From Mytilus trossulus (Eukaryota), in the NCBI RefSeq assembly GCF_036588685.1, contig NC_086385.1:34433216-34497215 (forward strand): a stretch of DNA of 64,000 nt, in the 5' to 3' direction. The translations under genes were made by a program, and so were the position numbers. The number at the start of each line of letters is the position of its first letter. The first letter of the stretch is position 1. Under the pieces are notes generated by a model. It was not told the origin of the DNA. It saw nothing but the letters and a program-made list of their open reading frames with translations, and did not search any database. This document shows positions 52,201-63,930 of the stretch, in pieces.

Positions 52201-55200
52201 AAGATTAAGATTGATTTGTTTAGTTTGTTCTGATGGTGTGCTGTTACACCTGTCCTAATTCAGGGGTTGTTGTTCATGTTGTTGTTTCATGTCTTTAATA
52301 TATTGTTTTTTTAATGAATTGTAATGTTATAATTTAGAACTTTAGTTTCCTTGTTTGAATTGTTTCATATTTTTCATGTTGGGACCTTTATAGCCTGAAC
52401 TAAACAGTTTGGGATTTTCTCATTATTGAAGGCCTTACAGTGACATATAATTGGTTCTATCCACCTCATTTGAACTGCATTAGTGGCAAAATTTAGCTAG
52501 CCTGCATTTTGTGTCTAGACACATGGACACACACTATTATCAATCATGTATTAAGAGTATGCAGATTTCTGATAGCAAAAGAAATATTCATTAAGTTCCC
52601 TTCACAGGGGAAGATCTCAACTTTCTTTGGAATTACTATGGTGGATATATAGACTGTCTCATTTATGACTAAGCAATCTTACCACATCTCCTTATTTTTA
52701 TAATGATCAGTATTAGCTATTAGATTAAGATGAGGAAAGTATTTTCAAACCTACCGATATGTAGCTTGATTACCGTTATAAATAGAAAAAATATGTAACT
52801 GAAAGGTGTTTTAGTACCTGTTAAAATGAAAATCTTTCAGATACAAGCAATCCATGTCCTCAGGGTAACCCCTTTCTTTATACTTCTCCCAGTAGAACAT
52901 AAAGTCATTTATTGTCATCTCAGACTTTGGATGTGAACCATATTTCTCCATTCTACAATTGGCAACAGGTACACATGCATTTCCTGGAAAAACAATTTGA
53001 ATATCTTGATGAATAAAAAATATAAATATTATTAATATGCAGTGACCTATTGTCAAGATAATTGTTAATTATGTTAATATACATAATTAGTGTCTAAGTA
53101 TAATATTCAGAATGCTTCCTTTGCAAATCAATCCGCAGCAACTTTTTTTTTTTATTTCATGAAATTTCTTCTTTTAAATAAACATTATATATATGGCAAT
53201 AGATATGACAGAGTTGGTTGAGAGGTAGGAGTGTCACGGAATAGAAGTTCATTCATAATGTAAGTTCAAATTGGAAAAAATATTCTGGAATATTACTTCC
53301 ACAGGAAAAATGTTACAGTAGATGTTCCTAACGGAATAAATAGTATACATTCAGTCAGGGGTACTACTTGTACAAGTGTATTTTATTTACTTGAAGAAGT
53401 GAAAAAAAATATACACCTATAAGTAAATAAATAATGTTTGAATAATCTCCCCTTAATTTTCTGAAAAATTTACTTGTATAAGTAAATTTTTCTTACAATC
53501 CAACAAAAATCCTCAAGTTTTGAGATGTAAAATCATGCCTTTAATGATTTTTCCCAGGTTTGCTCAATTTTTTTCATTAAAGTTCAATGTTTCATCTCAT
53601 TAATTCATCAAAGAAACTGATTGAGCAAAGATCTTGTATATTTGCGCAACGCCTTCAAAAATTGCTCCTTTGGGGCTTGTAAATGAGCAGTGTTAAGAAG
53701 ATAACAGACAAATGGGACTTTCATTGTCCATGAAATTACACTTAAATGATTAGTTAAGACATCTGCAAAGGGTACATAATTTAAAATTCTATTAGAGCAA
53801 AGAAATATTCAGAATTCAAGAAAAGAAGAAAGGTTGATTTTTTTACCTATACAAGTAAAAAAATCTGAATGCCGAAGGGACATAACTCAGCCAATTTTTT
53901 TTTACCTATACAAGTAAATAAAATTCACTTGTATAAGTATCCTACAAATTTACTTATATGTGTATATTATTTTTTACTTCTTCAAGTAAATAAAATACAC
54001 TTGTATAAGTAGTACCCCTGACTGACATTGTTGAATATTTGTTCCATCAGGTACAGGTATTATGACATTGTTTATAATAAAGTTTTCACTGGAACTTCTG
54101 TTAAATAGGTGGAACAAATATACGTTGACAGGATCATACAATCTTTCTAACAAAAATGTGTTCATTGTACATGGATGCCCCACTCTCACTATCATTTTTT
54201 ATACATGTTCAGTGGACCATGAAATTGGGGTCAGTACTCTTATTTCATGAATTTGACATTAAAATTTAAAAGATCTGACCATAGGGAACATGTGTACTAA
54301 GTTATAAATTGATTGGATTTCAACTTCATCAAAAACTACCATGAACAAAAATTTTAACCTGAAGCTCATATACAACAAGGCCAAAACTTCCAACATATAT
54401 AATTTTCAAATCTATATTTAATCAAGAACAGTAGGTAAAACTCAATTAAACCAAAGATGAACGACATTATAATTTTCTTCATGCATACATGTGTCAATCA
54501 GTCAGTGAATTGTAAAATTAGGGTCCAAACTCTAATTTGGGATTAAAATGATTAAAATTAGAACTTTAGACAATTTCATAGGTAACGTGTGTACTAAGTT
54601 TCATGTTGTTTGGACCTCAATTTCATCAAAAATGCCTTGACCAAAAACTTTAACCTGAAGCAGAACAGACAGACGAAACAAAAGAACGGACGGACAGACA
54701 CACAGACCAAAAAACATCATTCCCCACTTAGGAACAAAATACCTCTTTTGACATCTAATAATGTACATGTATGTCTAAATTAAAAAAAATATTTTCACAT
54801 AACCTGAAATTCTCCAATTATGTCACCAGGTCAACATCTTATTTTAATCATTAATTGTTAATGAGTACAATGTACGATGTACAGGATGATGTATATATTT
54901 TGAAACAGTTTTAGACAACTTATAGTCATGATCATGATGATTGTGCATGCAACAATTCAATTCAAAATATTTTAAGCTTTTGAGTTTGATTGTACAGTCA
55001 AAACTGTATTAAACAGATTGTCACATGATTGTACAGTCAAAACTGTACTGAACAATCACTCTTGATGACTCATTGATCGGAAGTGAAAAGGTGATTGTTC
55101 AAGAGAGGGTTTGAAATTGACCGGTTAGAGTCAGGCAACAGCATGTGCTGAACCGAGTAATTATAAGGCAGGTTCCCATTGATAGAAACTAGTGCCTGTG

Positions 55201-55504
55201 GCTTGAACAGGTGATCAAAATTAGATAAAAATAAAATTTTAATTGTGTATCTACATCATGTACATATTATACCAAATCTAGCTTGAAGAAATTCGAAATT
55301 TGGGCTTCCATCTGCTAGGCACCATTCTTTTCTACTTTGCCAGTGTTTAGTGAAGTCTGATGATAAGATACAAGGATAATTTGGGAGCAAATAGTTCAAG
55401 AAAAAGTCATGATAAGTTTGTTTCACTTCTATTTTCGGAATTTGTTTTAATTCTGTTGAAATGTTTCTCAATTGCACGATTTCCTCGTCTTTGTAGGGAA
55501 TCAT
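46291..55504 (-). CDS. JMJD4: 2-oxoglutarate/Fe(II) oxygenase JMJD4, 444 aa
   Basis: Exons 55504-55273, 52983-52818, 52165-52034, 51253-51168, 49623-49442, 48231-48076 and 46671-46291 (1335 nt). Motifs LLPNYPCI, VPVANC, CLYLKDFH, DDYRFVYMGPKGSWTPFHADVFRSFSWSANVCGKKKW and FVPSGWHHQVFNLEDTISINHNW. The HxD...H triad is intact. Confidence 0.93.
50593..50876 (+). mobile_element. Short Helentron-associated (HINE-like) element
   Basis: AACAAGAATGTGTCC start, GACA/GACG microsatellite, terminal hairpin ATGCCCCTCTAC...GTAGGTGGGGCAT. Degenerate relatives at 54150-54730. Confidence 0.65.
53352..54024. mobile_element. MITE with ~49 bp TIRs and an apparent 5 bp TSD
   Basis: CAGTCAGGGGTACTACTTGTACAAGTGTATTTTATTTACTTGAAGAAGT and its inverse, with ACATT on both flanks. 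A related right end lies at about 43290-43319. Confidence 0.85.
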
Positions 55505-56163
55505 TTTCAAAAATTGTATTTCTGAAAAACGTCATATGTAAATACACAGCTGTTTCACAAAGTTGTAAAATGTTATGGGCGCAGACATCTTTAATTATGA
55601 TATTCACGTTAAAAAGATTCTATCCATTTAAATATTAAAACACATATAAACTAGTTTATAATGTTCACATAACTGAAAATATATACAATTGTGAATAGGA
55701 TAGTTGTTATATAATTTCATCGAAATTTTAACTATAAAATTTAGGACTTTTTTCTTACGCTGTACATCATTTTCTCAAAGTGAAAGTAGAACTTGCATTG
55801 TGTTGCCACAACAGGCACATACTGGAAAACAGACTATTGTCTATTATATTTGAAGGTAAAACAAGGTAACAAATCCACAAAAATTGTAAAATGGCACAAA
55901 CATTAAGCTGGATTTTGATAGTTATTTTAGATAGTACAAGCAGAGACATATATTGTATTATATGTCTCTGGTACAAGGAAGTTAAAACTGAATGAAACCT
56001 AATGATGGATCATTATACCTTTTATCTTCGGGTCATTAGATAAGCCAAAGGCTTCTACTGACCCCTCATATTGGATTGACGTATATGATTTCTCATCTCA
56101 TAATTCATAAATTTATATATGATACACTTATTTACTAGGTGTGCGCAGCTGAAACACATATGA

Positions 56164-56421
56164 ATTTATATGGGTTCCAATTTTTCGCCATTTAAAGCAG
56201 ACTTAAAATTATTCAGAGTCTTTGCCATCACCGTTAAATATGACAGGTTATTCCACTGATCCACTACACTAATTGAAAAAGCATGAATAGGATAGATGTT
56301 ATATAATTTATATGGGTTCCAATTTTCGCCATTTAAATCAGACTTAAAATTATTCAGAGTCTTTGCCGTCACCGTTAAATCTGACAGGTTATTCCACTGA
56401 TCCACTACACTAATTGAAAAA
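56164..56421 (-). mobile_element. Tandemly duplicated 3' fragment of a CR1/L2-type LINE
   Basis: Two ~117 bp copies 141 bp apart encoding FSISVVDQWNNLS...TLNNFKS.L, typical of the CR1-group ORF2 C-terminus. Confidence 0.6.
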
Positions 56422-58412
56422 TATTATAGTCATAGACTTTATATATATATTGTTAATATGTTTGTCTTATTCTAACCTTATTATTCAGATTTGTAGTTTT
56501 ACTAATAAGTAACAATGTTTCTAGATTTTAATCGAGGAGTTATTTGTTTGATCTAAGTTCTTTTCAAATGGGTCAAAATTGAGTTATGACTTCCCAATTT
56601 TTCTAGTGTGCTTTTTGCACCTGTCCTAAGTCAGGAATCTGATGTACAGTAGTTGTCTTAAAGATGTTTATGTAATATTATATGTGTTTCTCGTTTCTCG
56701 TTTTTTTATATAGATTAGACAGTTGGTTTTCCCGTTTGAATGGTTTTACACTAGTGATTTTGGGGCCCTTTATAGCTTGTTGTTTGGTGTGAGCCAAGGC
56801 TCCGTGTTGAAGGCCTTACATTATACTATAATGGTTTACCTTTTTTTTTTTTTTTTTTTAAATTGTTATTTGAATGGAGAGTTGTCTCATTTGGCACTCA
56901 CACCACATCTTCCTATAACTATTTAATTCCAATCGAGTAACTAAAAAATGTTATTATGTGGAAACTATGGCAATTTTTCCTATTGTAAAATGAATTCAGA
57001 CCGTCTTGCTCCATTTTTTTTTACCAACTTCCCCCTTTCATATTAACCAACTCGTCCCACTTATGAAAAATATAGTTTACAATAGACAATATTTTTAAGC
57101 ACAAACACCATGAACACATTTATATTAAATGATTATGGCATACAAAATTAAGACAATAAACTGACAATAGTTAAATTGATAATATAGGGTTATTGCATGA
57201 ATATTAGGGAATATTGTCCCGAGTAGAATTTTATATTGCACGAGCTTGCGAGTGCAATATATGTTCTACGTGGGACAATATTCCCCAATTTTCATGCAAT
57301 AACCCTTTTATTGTATAGCAATATAATATTTGAAAGTAAAAATTGGTTTAAACTAATATTTAAACGTTGATGACGTCATGAATTTTGAAGATTTATTGCA
57401 CTAGTGCAATATTAGAATTGATTGCACGCTAACTTTTGGTTTCTTTCTGTTGGGAATATTATATTGCTATACAATAATAATTGATATTAGACATGTTAGA
57501 GTGACAGTGGTATTCACAGCGAGGGAAAAAAAGACTATAGATATCGACAGTTAACACATTATTAATGTTTATATGAACAAATAAAAAAAGAACACAAACA
57601 AAAATTAGATTGCATATTAAATGAAATACAAGTTATACAGATCATCTCAATAAAAAACAATCATTAATATACTTTATGGTGATTTTTAAAATGACTGGTA
57701 GACTGCTATTTAAAATGCAGTTACATGCTTATTTTGAGTTGAGCCTACCAAATTGTCCCACTTGCAATGACTTATGAAATGTAGTTTAATCCTGATGTTT
57801 TTTGGCCTACCAACTTCCCCCACTTGAAAGAGTGAACCTGACCTTTGGAATTAAAAAAAATAAAACTATATATTACCAAGATTACAATGATTACAGTTCT
57901 GCCAACTTCATGAAGCAAATGCGTGAGATTTGGCCAAAAATTGAAAAGACCAAAGAGAAAATACAATAGATCAAAGGGAAATTCCACCAAAAAATCATAA
58001 ACATGTGTGAGTCTCACGCTAAATGCTTGAGACTTGGCAGCCCTGTATATTATACATACCTGGACTGACTACACAGCCCTTGCATTGACAGTACTGTATA
58101 TACATTATATATATACATGATATATGCAGAATATTACATTAAAAAGAAATTATTACTAAAAATATTTGATGTTACAACAAACCACACCTGAACCATACAC
58201 AACTTCTCTTATGTACAAACAAAGGAGATGAAAACAAAAAAAGGCTTAAAATAAAACTGACTTTATACAGTTGTAAAATGTGGTAGGGGTTTACTTCAGC
58301 ACTACTATAAAATTATTTTTTCCAAGGGACATAATTTTGGAAAAAATAATTGATCATTGTTATTTTTGCAGATTTCTTTTAATCAAGACTGTACAACATC
58401 AAAGACAGCAAC

Positions 58413-59238
58413 ATGATTGTATTATTCCATGAACTCTATATCATAGTTCAGACAGTAATAAAATGGTTACGACCTAAACAGCTGTTAAAACAAATCAAAC
58501 ATGGCAAACACGTCAAGTTTGATGATGAATTAGATGGAAGGAAAGAAGAAGTTGTGGAGGAAATGGTGATAAAAGATGTATGTGGTGTGGAATTAGAAGG
58601 GAGGCCACCAGATTTTAGTGTCGATAAAAATGACAAAACTGTGAACTTTCCATTTCTGTGTGATGAGCCGACTATTTCACACATTAAACACTCTAAAACT
58701 ATGTTTATAATGAGAGGAGTTTCTGGTTCAGGGAAATCAACACTAGTTAAATTGATTGGTAATATATATAGGGATAGTCGAATATGTTCAGCCGATCAGT
58801 ATTTTATGAAAAATGGTGAATACCGATTTGACAAATCCAATTTATCAATTGCACATGAAAAATGTGATGAGAAAGCAAAAAAAGCATGTTTAAATGGGGT
58901 ACCAGTGGTTGTCATCGATAATACAAATGTCAAAAGATGGGAAATGTCCAGTTACTTGGCGCTGGCCTTCACAAATAATTATCCTGTTGTCGTAGTACAA
59001 CCAAGAACACCCTGGAGTAAGGATGCTGACAAGTTAGCCGAACTCAATAGCCATGGGGTAACTTCAGATATTATTAGACAAAAATTACGAAGTTTTGAAG
59101 ATGTAGCGCCACTGTATTATGGATGGTTTATTGATGAACAGCAGTCTAACATGATATATCAATTAGGAAGAAAAAGTTTGGAAGAGTGCCTTAGAATTTT
59201 CCCCCAGTTTAAGGATTTGTTACTTTTCAAGTCTCCAG
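58413..59238 (+). CDS. CNP: First coding exon of a 2',3'-cyclic-nucleotide 3'-phosphodiesterase (CNPase)-like gene: N4BP2/PNK-like P-loop domain plus the start of the phosphodiesterase domain
   Basis: NFPFLCDEPTISHIKHSKTMFIMRGVSGSGKSTL resembles CNP FPFLQDE...KTLFILRGLPGSGKSTL. Also SADQYF, IDNTN, PRTPW and NSHGV, and PLYYGWF resembling CNP PLYFGWF. Acceptor at 58370-58371, phase-1 donor CCAG|GTTTGT at 59238. Confidence 0.85.
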
Positions 59239-59998
59239 GTTTGTTTAACATGTTATTTAAATATAAAAAAAGAAGATGTGGTATGATTGCCAATGAGACA
59301 GCTATCCACAAAAGACCAAAATGACACAAACATTAACAACTATAGGTCACTGTATGGCCTTCAACAATGAGCAAAGCCCATACCGCATAGTCAGCTTTAA
59401 TAGGCCCCGATAAGACAATGTAAAACAATTCAAACAAGAAAACTAACAGCTTTATTTATGTAAAAAAATTAACGAAAAACAAATATGTAACACATAAAGT
59501 GTTGTTAAAGTATTAAGTATGTGAATTGTATAGAGATGTTTTAAAACATTTGTTCCACAGAACACTGCATATTTATTTCCAAATGCTGCTGTCAGTGTAA
59601 AAGAGTATATACTGCCAAAAAGTCCATTTATTAGGAAATCTTTTGAGAAAGATGAAATTTTATTGTGTCTTTGAATTTTAAAACTGTTGACTGTATTCAA
59701 CATGTTCAACTGGAATAAAAATCCACTCGATTCATAAAATAAATATGAAAAAATGTAAAAAAGAAATTTTAAAATTTTGATATAGAAACATATTTCAATC
59801 ATGAAGATTATATTAAAGATCTTGTTAAATTTTCCAAAAATTCAAGGAAGGTTTAACAGAATAATGGTATAAAAAACAAAATTAAATAATAAACTTAACC
59901 TTAATGTTGCCACCACAGATGGTGGAATCTAGAATATAGGATCGCTGTGTCTTTCATCCATTATATTCTTCACTGGTAGAATAACTTTTAGGAATGTA

Positions 59999-60207
59999 CT
60001 GTAAATTCAGAAATTACTGGGTGCATTTATTATTACGATTTTGTAATTTTTGACTAGAATATGCGATTTAAATTTTTGCAATATTGATACAAATCCTGTT
60101 TAATTCATATAAAACATTTCAAAATGCAAGTTTCAATTATTGCGATTATAACCCTGTCGCATTTTTCGCAATAATATAAACATCACAATAATTTATGAAT
60201 TTACAGT
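59999..60207. mobile_element. Tc1/mariner-type MITE
   Basis: TA|CTGTAAATTCAGAAATTA...TAATTTATGAATTTACAG|TA. Confidence 0.7.
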
Positions 60208-60282
60208 ATATGATTGAACAAACAAATTGTAATTATTCCAACTTTTATTTAGAATTTAAATTCATGGTTGATATGATTTCAG

Positions 60283-60417
60283 ATCTATTAGAAGCTGTAG
60301 AGAAAGAATTGGATGACTGTATAATGAAGTGCACAGAATGGTATGGTTTGCATTTCCCAGAATTGAAGAAGCTAGTGCCAAACAGTTTGATTTATGCAAG
60401 AGTAGTAAAACAGTTAG
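60283..60417 (+). CDS. NOP58-like exon A (NOSIC region); an alternative acceptor gives a start at 60253
   Basis: DLLEAVEKELDDCIMKCTEWYGLHFPELKKLVPNSLIYARVVKQLG resembles NOP58 [29 protein letters not shown]. Acceptor TTTCAG, donor TAG|GTAATT, phase 1-1. Confidence 0.8.
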
Positions 60418-62004
60418 GTAATTAAGAATTTTTTCTAAAGTACCCTTATTGAAAATCATACAATGATCTTTTCTGAGTTTTTTTTATGATTTGTTACTCT
60501 CTGGCTTTTCTTCTTCAGATAATGCTTTAACATTGATTTTTCTGAATAATGTTAACATTTAAAAAACCCACATTATCTTGACCTTATGATGATTTCTTAT
60601 ATAACCATAAGCAAAAGGTGATCTACCGGTATAACATATTTTAGATATAGAATAATTTATGGTGACCTTGAATGGTGACATGGACATTTTTCATTATTAT
60701 TTGGCCAATATTAAATTTTAGTGATAAGGTCTCCTTCTAAGATTCTTTAAACAAAAGTCAACTGCATTTTAATTTGGTGAAAACAGATGTTAGGAGAACT
60801 AATCTTTTTTTGAAAGGTTCATCTGACCTTGAATCTATTTTCATTGTTCATTGCATTGGTCATGTTAGTATACATTACATTTTTGTGATTTTGATCTGTT
60901 TCTCAGGAGGGGGTTGGGGGTTGGAGGGGTCCTGATCCCGAAATCCTGGGCTTATAAATACGAAAATAAATTTAAATCCTGACATCCCAAAATTTGAAAA
61001 AATGAATTCCCAGATTTAGTAAGGGTCAATCCCAAAATATCGAGCTTAAAAACACTCTATCCCCCCTCCCTCATTAGACCAACAGTATTTGATGTACAGA
61101 ATAATTGTAAGAGGAACAACTCCTTCAGACATACCGGTTTCCTCTGACATTGACTTAATTTTTCATGGATCATTGGTCAACAAGAGGTTTTTGCAATACG
61201 ATTTTTTCTCCGATACCATAAGCCTGATAAGTGAAGAGAGCTGTATTTGTTGTATAATATGATTGTAATGTCTAATGTCTGTCTGACTTCTTCTAACCTT
61301 GACCTCATTTAGCTTTGATCATTAATAGAAATCAAATTTTATGGTGCCAGTAAAGCAGCAATCAAATTCACAAAAATAATTTACAAGAAAAAATATTTGG
61401 AAACCATGATTATTTCAGTATAAGTTTCCATAGATTTTTGTCGTTAGGTTATTTGTGAAAAGAGTCTAGGCAATTATTTCTGCTCTTTAATTAATTCTCA
61501 TGTGTAGTCAAGGTTGTTAAAATTGAGACCCCCTTTGTGATTGAATGTCATCTTATAGATCAATCTCCGGCGCAGAGTTCTTATCCGTTCCGTACATGCT
61601 TGGCAATACTGCACTTAATATGACCTCTGCCTTACATTGTCCGACTCCATGAGGAAATTTCCTCATGGCTGACAAGCATTTGGTATTCTCTGCAAAGTCT
61701 GTTGCGTGATACACAACCTACCTAAGAATGTCAAATTTTTTTATGCGGAAGGTTTGGAGTAATCAGGTAAAGTGGCGATGGCGGAAATTATGAGAATCAT
61801 CTCCTCACCTCATCTCCTTCAACTAGGATTTTGGCCAAATTAAAGTTTTAAAATTACTTATTTAATTATATTGAGGTAAGAGTTACAAAGAATGAATTGA
61901 ATGGAACGAATATGTGATGTCTGCTTCGGAGAGTGCTTATAGATCAGCTTCTTTTTCAATCCTTTATTCCTTTGTCATAATTTATATCAATTTATTTTTG
62001 ACAG

Positions 62005-62150
62005 GTCACAGAAAAAATGCAAACAGTAAAAATTTTAGTAACATTTTACCGAGGAAACAAGAGAATGATGTGAAATTTACAGCTAAACATTCAATGGGAA
62101 AAGACATTTCTGATGAAGATTTAATACTCATTACTGATTTATGTGTTCAG
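62005..62150 (+). CDS. NOP58-like exon B
   Basis: GHRKNANSKNFSNILPRKQENDVKFTAKHSMGKDISDEDLILITDLCVQ resembles NOP58 GDRKN...ELLPEEVEAEVKAAAEISMGTEVSEEDICNILHLCTQ. Acceptor TTGACAG, donor CAG|GTTAGT, phase 1-0. Confidence 0.8.
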
Positions 62151-62497
62151 GTTAGTTTATTTCGCATGCAAGTAAAACCTAGACAACTGCCAAAATGAAT
62201 GAGTTGATATTCATCACTTATGTGTTCAGGTTACTAGTATGTTACATGGAAGTAAAACCCAGAGGACTGCCAAAATGAATGAGTTGATAATCATGACTTA
62301 TTTATGTGTTCAGTTTACTAGTATGTTACATACAAGTAAAACCCAGAGGACTGCCAAAATGAATGAGTTGATAATCATGACTTATTTATGTGTTCAGTTT
62401 ACTAGTATGTTACATACAAGTAAAACCCAGAGGACTGCCAAAATGAATGAGTTGATAATCATGACTTATTTATGTGTTCAGTTTACTAGTATGTTAC
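62113..62497 (+). repeat. ~84 bp tandem repeat (about 4.6 copies) derived from the exon B 3' end and its splice donor
   Basis: TTATGTGTTCAG(G/T)TTA...AAGTAAAACC(T/C)AGA...ACTGCCAAAATGAATGAGTTGATA repeated. Confidence 0.85.
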
Positions 62498-63803
62498 TGT
62501 AACATACTGACAAAAATGCGTTAGAATGACAAATTTACGACAAACAAACTTCAAATTGTGATCATTTGAGAAATACTGAAATTAAAATGTGAACTATCCG
62601 AGGGGGGACACTTTCAAAACTTAAGTGACAAAATTGATTTGAAATACTTTCTTCAATGAGAAAACTATGTTCGTAAATTATGAAAGTGACCATTCGCTAG
62701 CAAAATCACTGATGTTATGTAGAAGTAAAACCTACAAAAACTGTCAAACAACTTAATTGAAACCTACATTATAATATTTCAAAAATTCATGAAACCCAGT
62801 TAAAGTGGTTGGTTTAGAAAATGAGTGAGCCTAAGGTAAAAATATAAACTTCTTTCATTAATTGACTTGTTGAAGGTCATATGATTACCTACGGATTTAA
62901 CGTCACCTTACTAATGTTACTTTGCCTCTGGTGGAGAGCTGTCTCATTGGCAATCATACCCCATCTTTTTTTTAAGGAACCTGGCTTGTCATGTTTTGGA
63001 TTTTCTATCGTTTTATCCATTTGAATTCCTTGAAAAAATTTGCCTGGTGATCCCCATTTTTTTTGGGGTAAATCTTTTACATGTATAATTATAACCATCT
63101 GTAAAAGTCTTATAAAATTTTAATTACTTTTGAACAGTTTTTGAGAACTTCCACCTGTCGATGATAAAGCTATGAAAAGTCAAAAGAGAATATTTTCCCT
63201 CCAAAATTTCAATGGCTTAAATCTCGAAAACAAGCACGGTGACCTATATATTTTTTTTGCTATTTGGATTCCTTTATTAATTCCCTATCAATATTAAGTA
63301 GTGTTTTGAAAAGTAAATTACTTTGAAATTTAGAAGCGAACACCCTTAAGTTTACTCTTTAAGGGATGTATTGATTGCAACTCAGATTTGGCATCTCACC
63401 AAATATTGACCTATTTTATCTTTATAAAACCAAAACATATTCATGATATTGTAAGTTGGAAAAATTGTACATATATATCCCCAATAATTTAGACCAGGTA
63501 CATTTATAAATTTCCATTTATTTGTACTTTATTAATTAAAGAAATGTTTCAACGGAAAAAAACTTCCTTTGGAACCACACTAGATTGACTTTAAATTAAG
63601 AAAATACATTCATAATGGTTTTCTCTTTTAAATTGCTTTACCATGTTAACATTTTGCTTTGCTGGTTTCATATGGTATTTTGAACTCCCTCAAGAGTGAA
63701 TCATGGATTATAAAATACCATATCGAAAAATACCAGTTTTAAAAAAAAAATGGTTGAAAGAGTGACCTTTGTGTACTAATTTCTTTGTCATTTGGTATTT
63801 CAG

Positions 63804-63930
63804 ATAATAGAACTAACAGATTTCAAAGACAACTTAGAAGAATTCATAAGAAATCCAATGACAGCAAACTCTCCCAAAGTAACAGAACATGTTGGTCAGG
63901 TGATAGGACCACTTCTTATTTCACATGCAG
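63804..63930 (+). CDS. NOP58-like exon C (gene presumably continues beyond the window)
   Basis: IIELTDFKDNLEEFIRNPMTANSPKVTEHVGQVIGPLLISHA(G) resembles NOP58 [43 protein letters not shown]. Acceptor TTTCAG, donor CAG|GTAAAA, phase 0-1. Confidence 0.8.

Noticed and set aside
1161-57800. Most remaining 60-160 aa ORFs in the track
   Set aside because: Low-complexity AT-rich or repeat-derived translations with no recognisable motifs or splice-consistent context.
38119-59238. Functional cluster of protein/RNA-modifying enzymes (METTL21A, JMJD4, CNP-like)
   Set aside because: No sequence evidence of co-regulation; adjacency of housekeeping genes is expected by chance.
59239-59324. C-terminal extension LFNMLFKYKKRRCGMIANETAIHKRPK of the 303 aa ORF
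   Set aside because: Read-through of the splice donor into the common interspersed repeat. The same GMIANET peptide appears in another repeat ORF (62889-63098).
60580-60700. Box C/D snoRNA in the intron after NOP58-like exon A (ATGATGA at about 60586)
   Set aside because: No suitably placed CTGA D box or terminal stem found.
62239-62502. 87 aa ORF with a 28-aa repeat
   Set aside because: By-product of the 84 bp intronic minisatellite.
60283-63930. Calling these exons the canonical NOP58 gene
   Set aside because: No N-terminal NOP58 exons or start found upstream, the sequence is unusually diverged for such a conserved gene, and it sits in phase behind a CNP-like exon.
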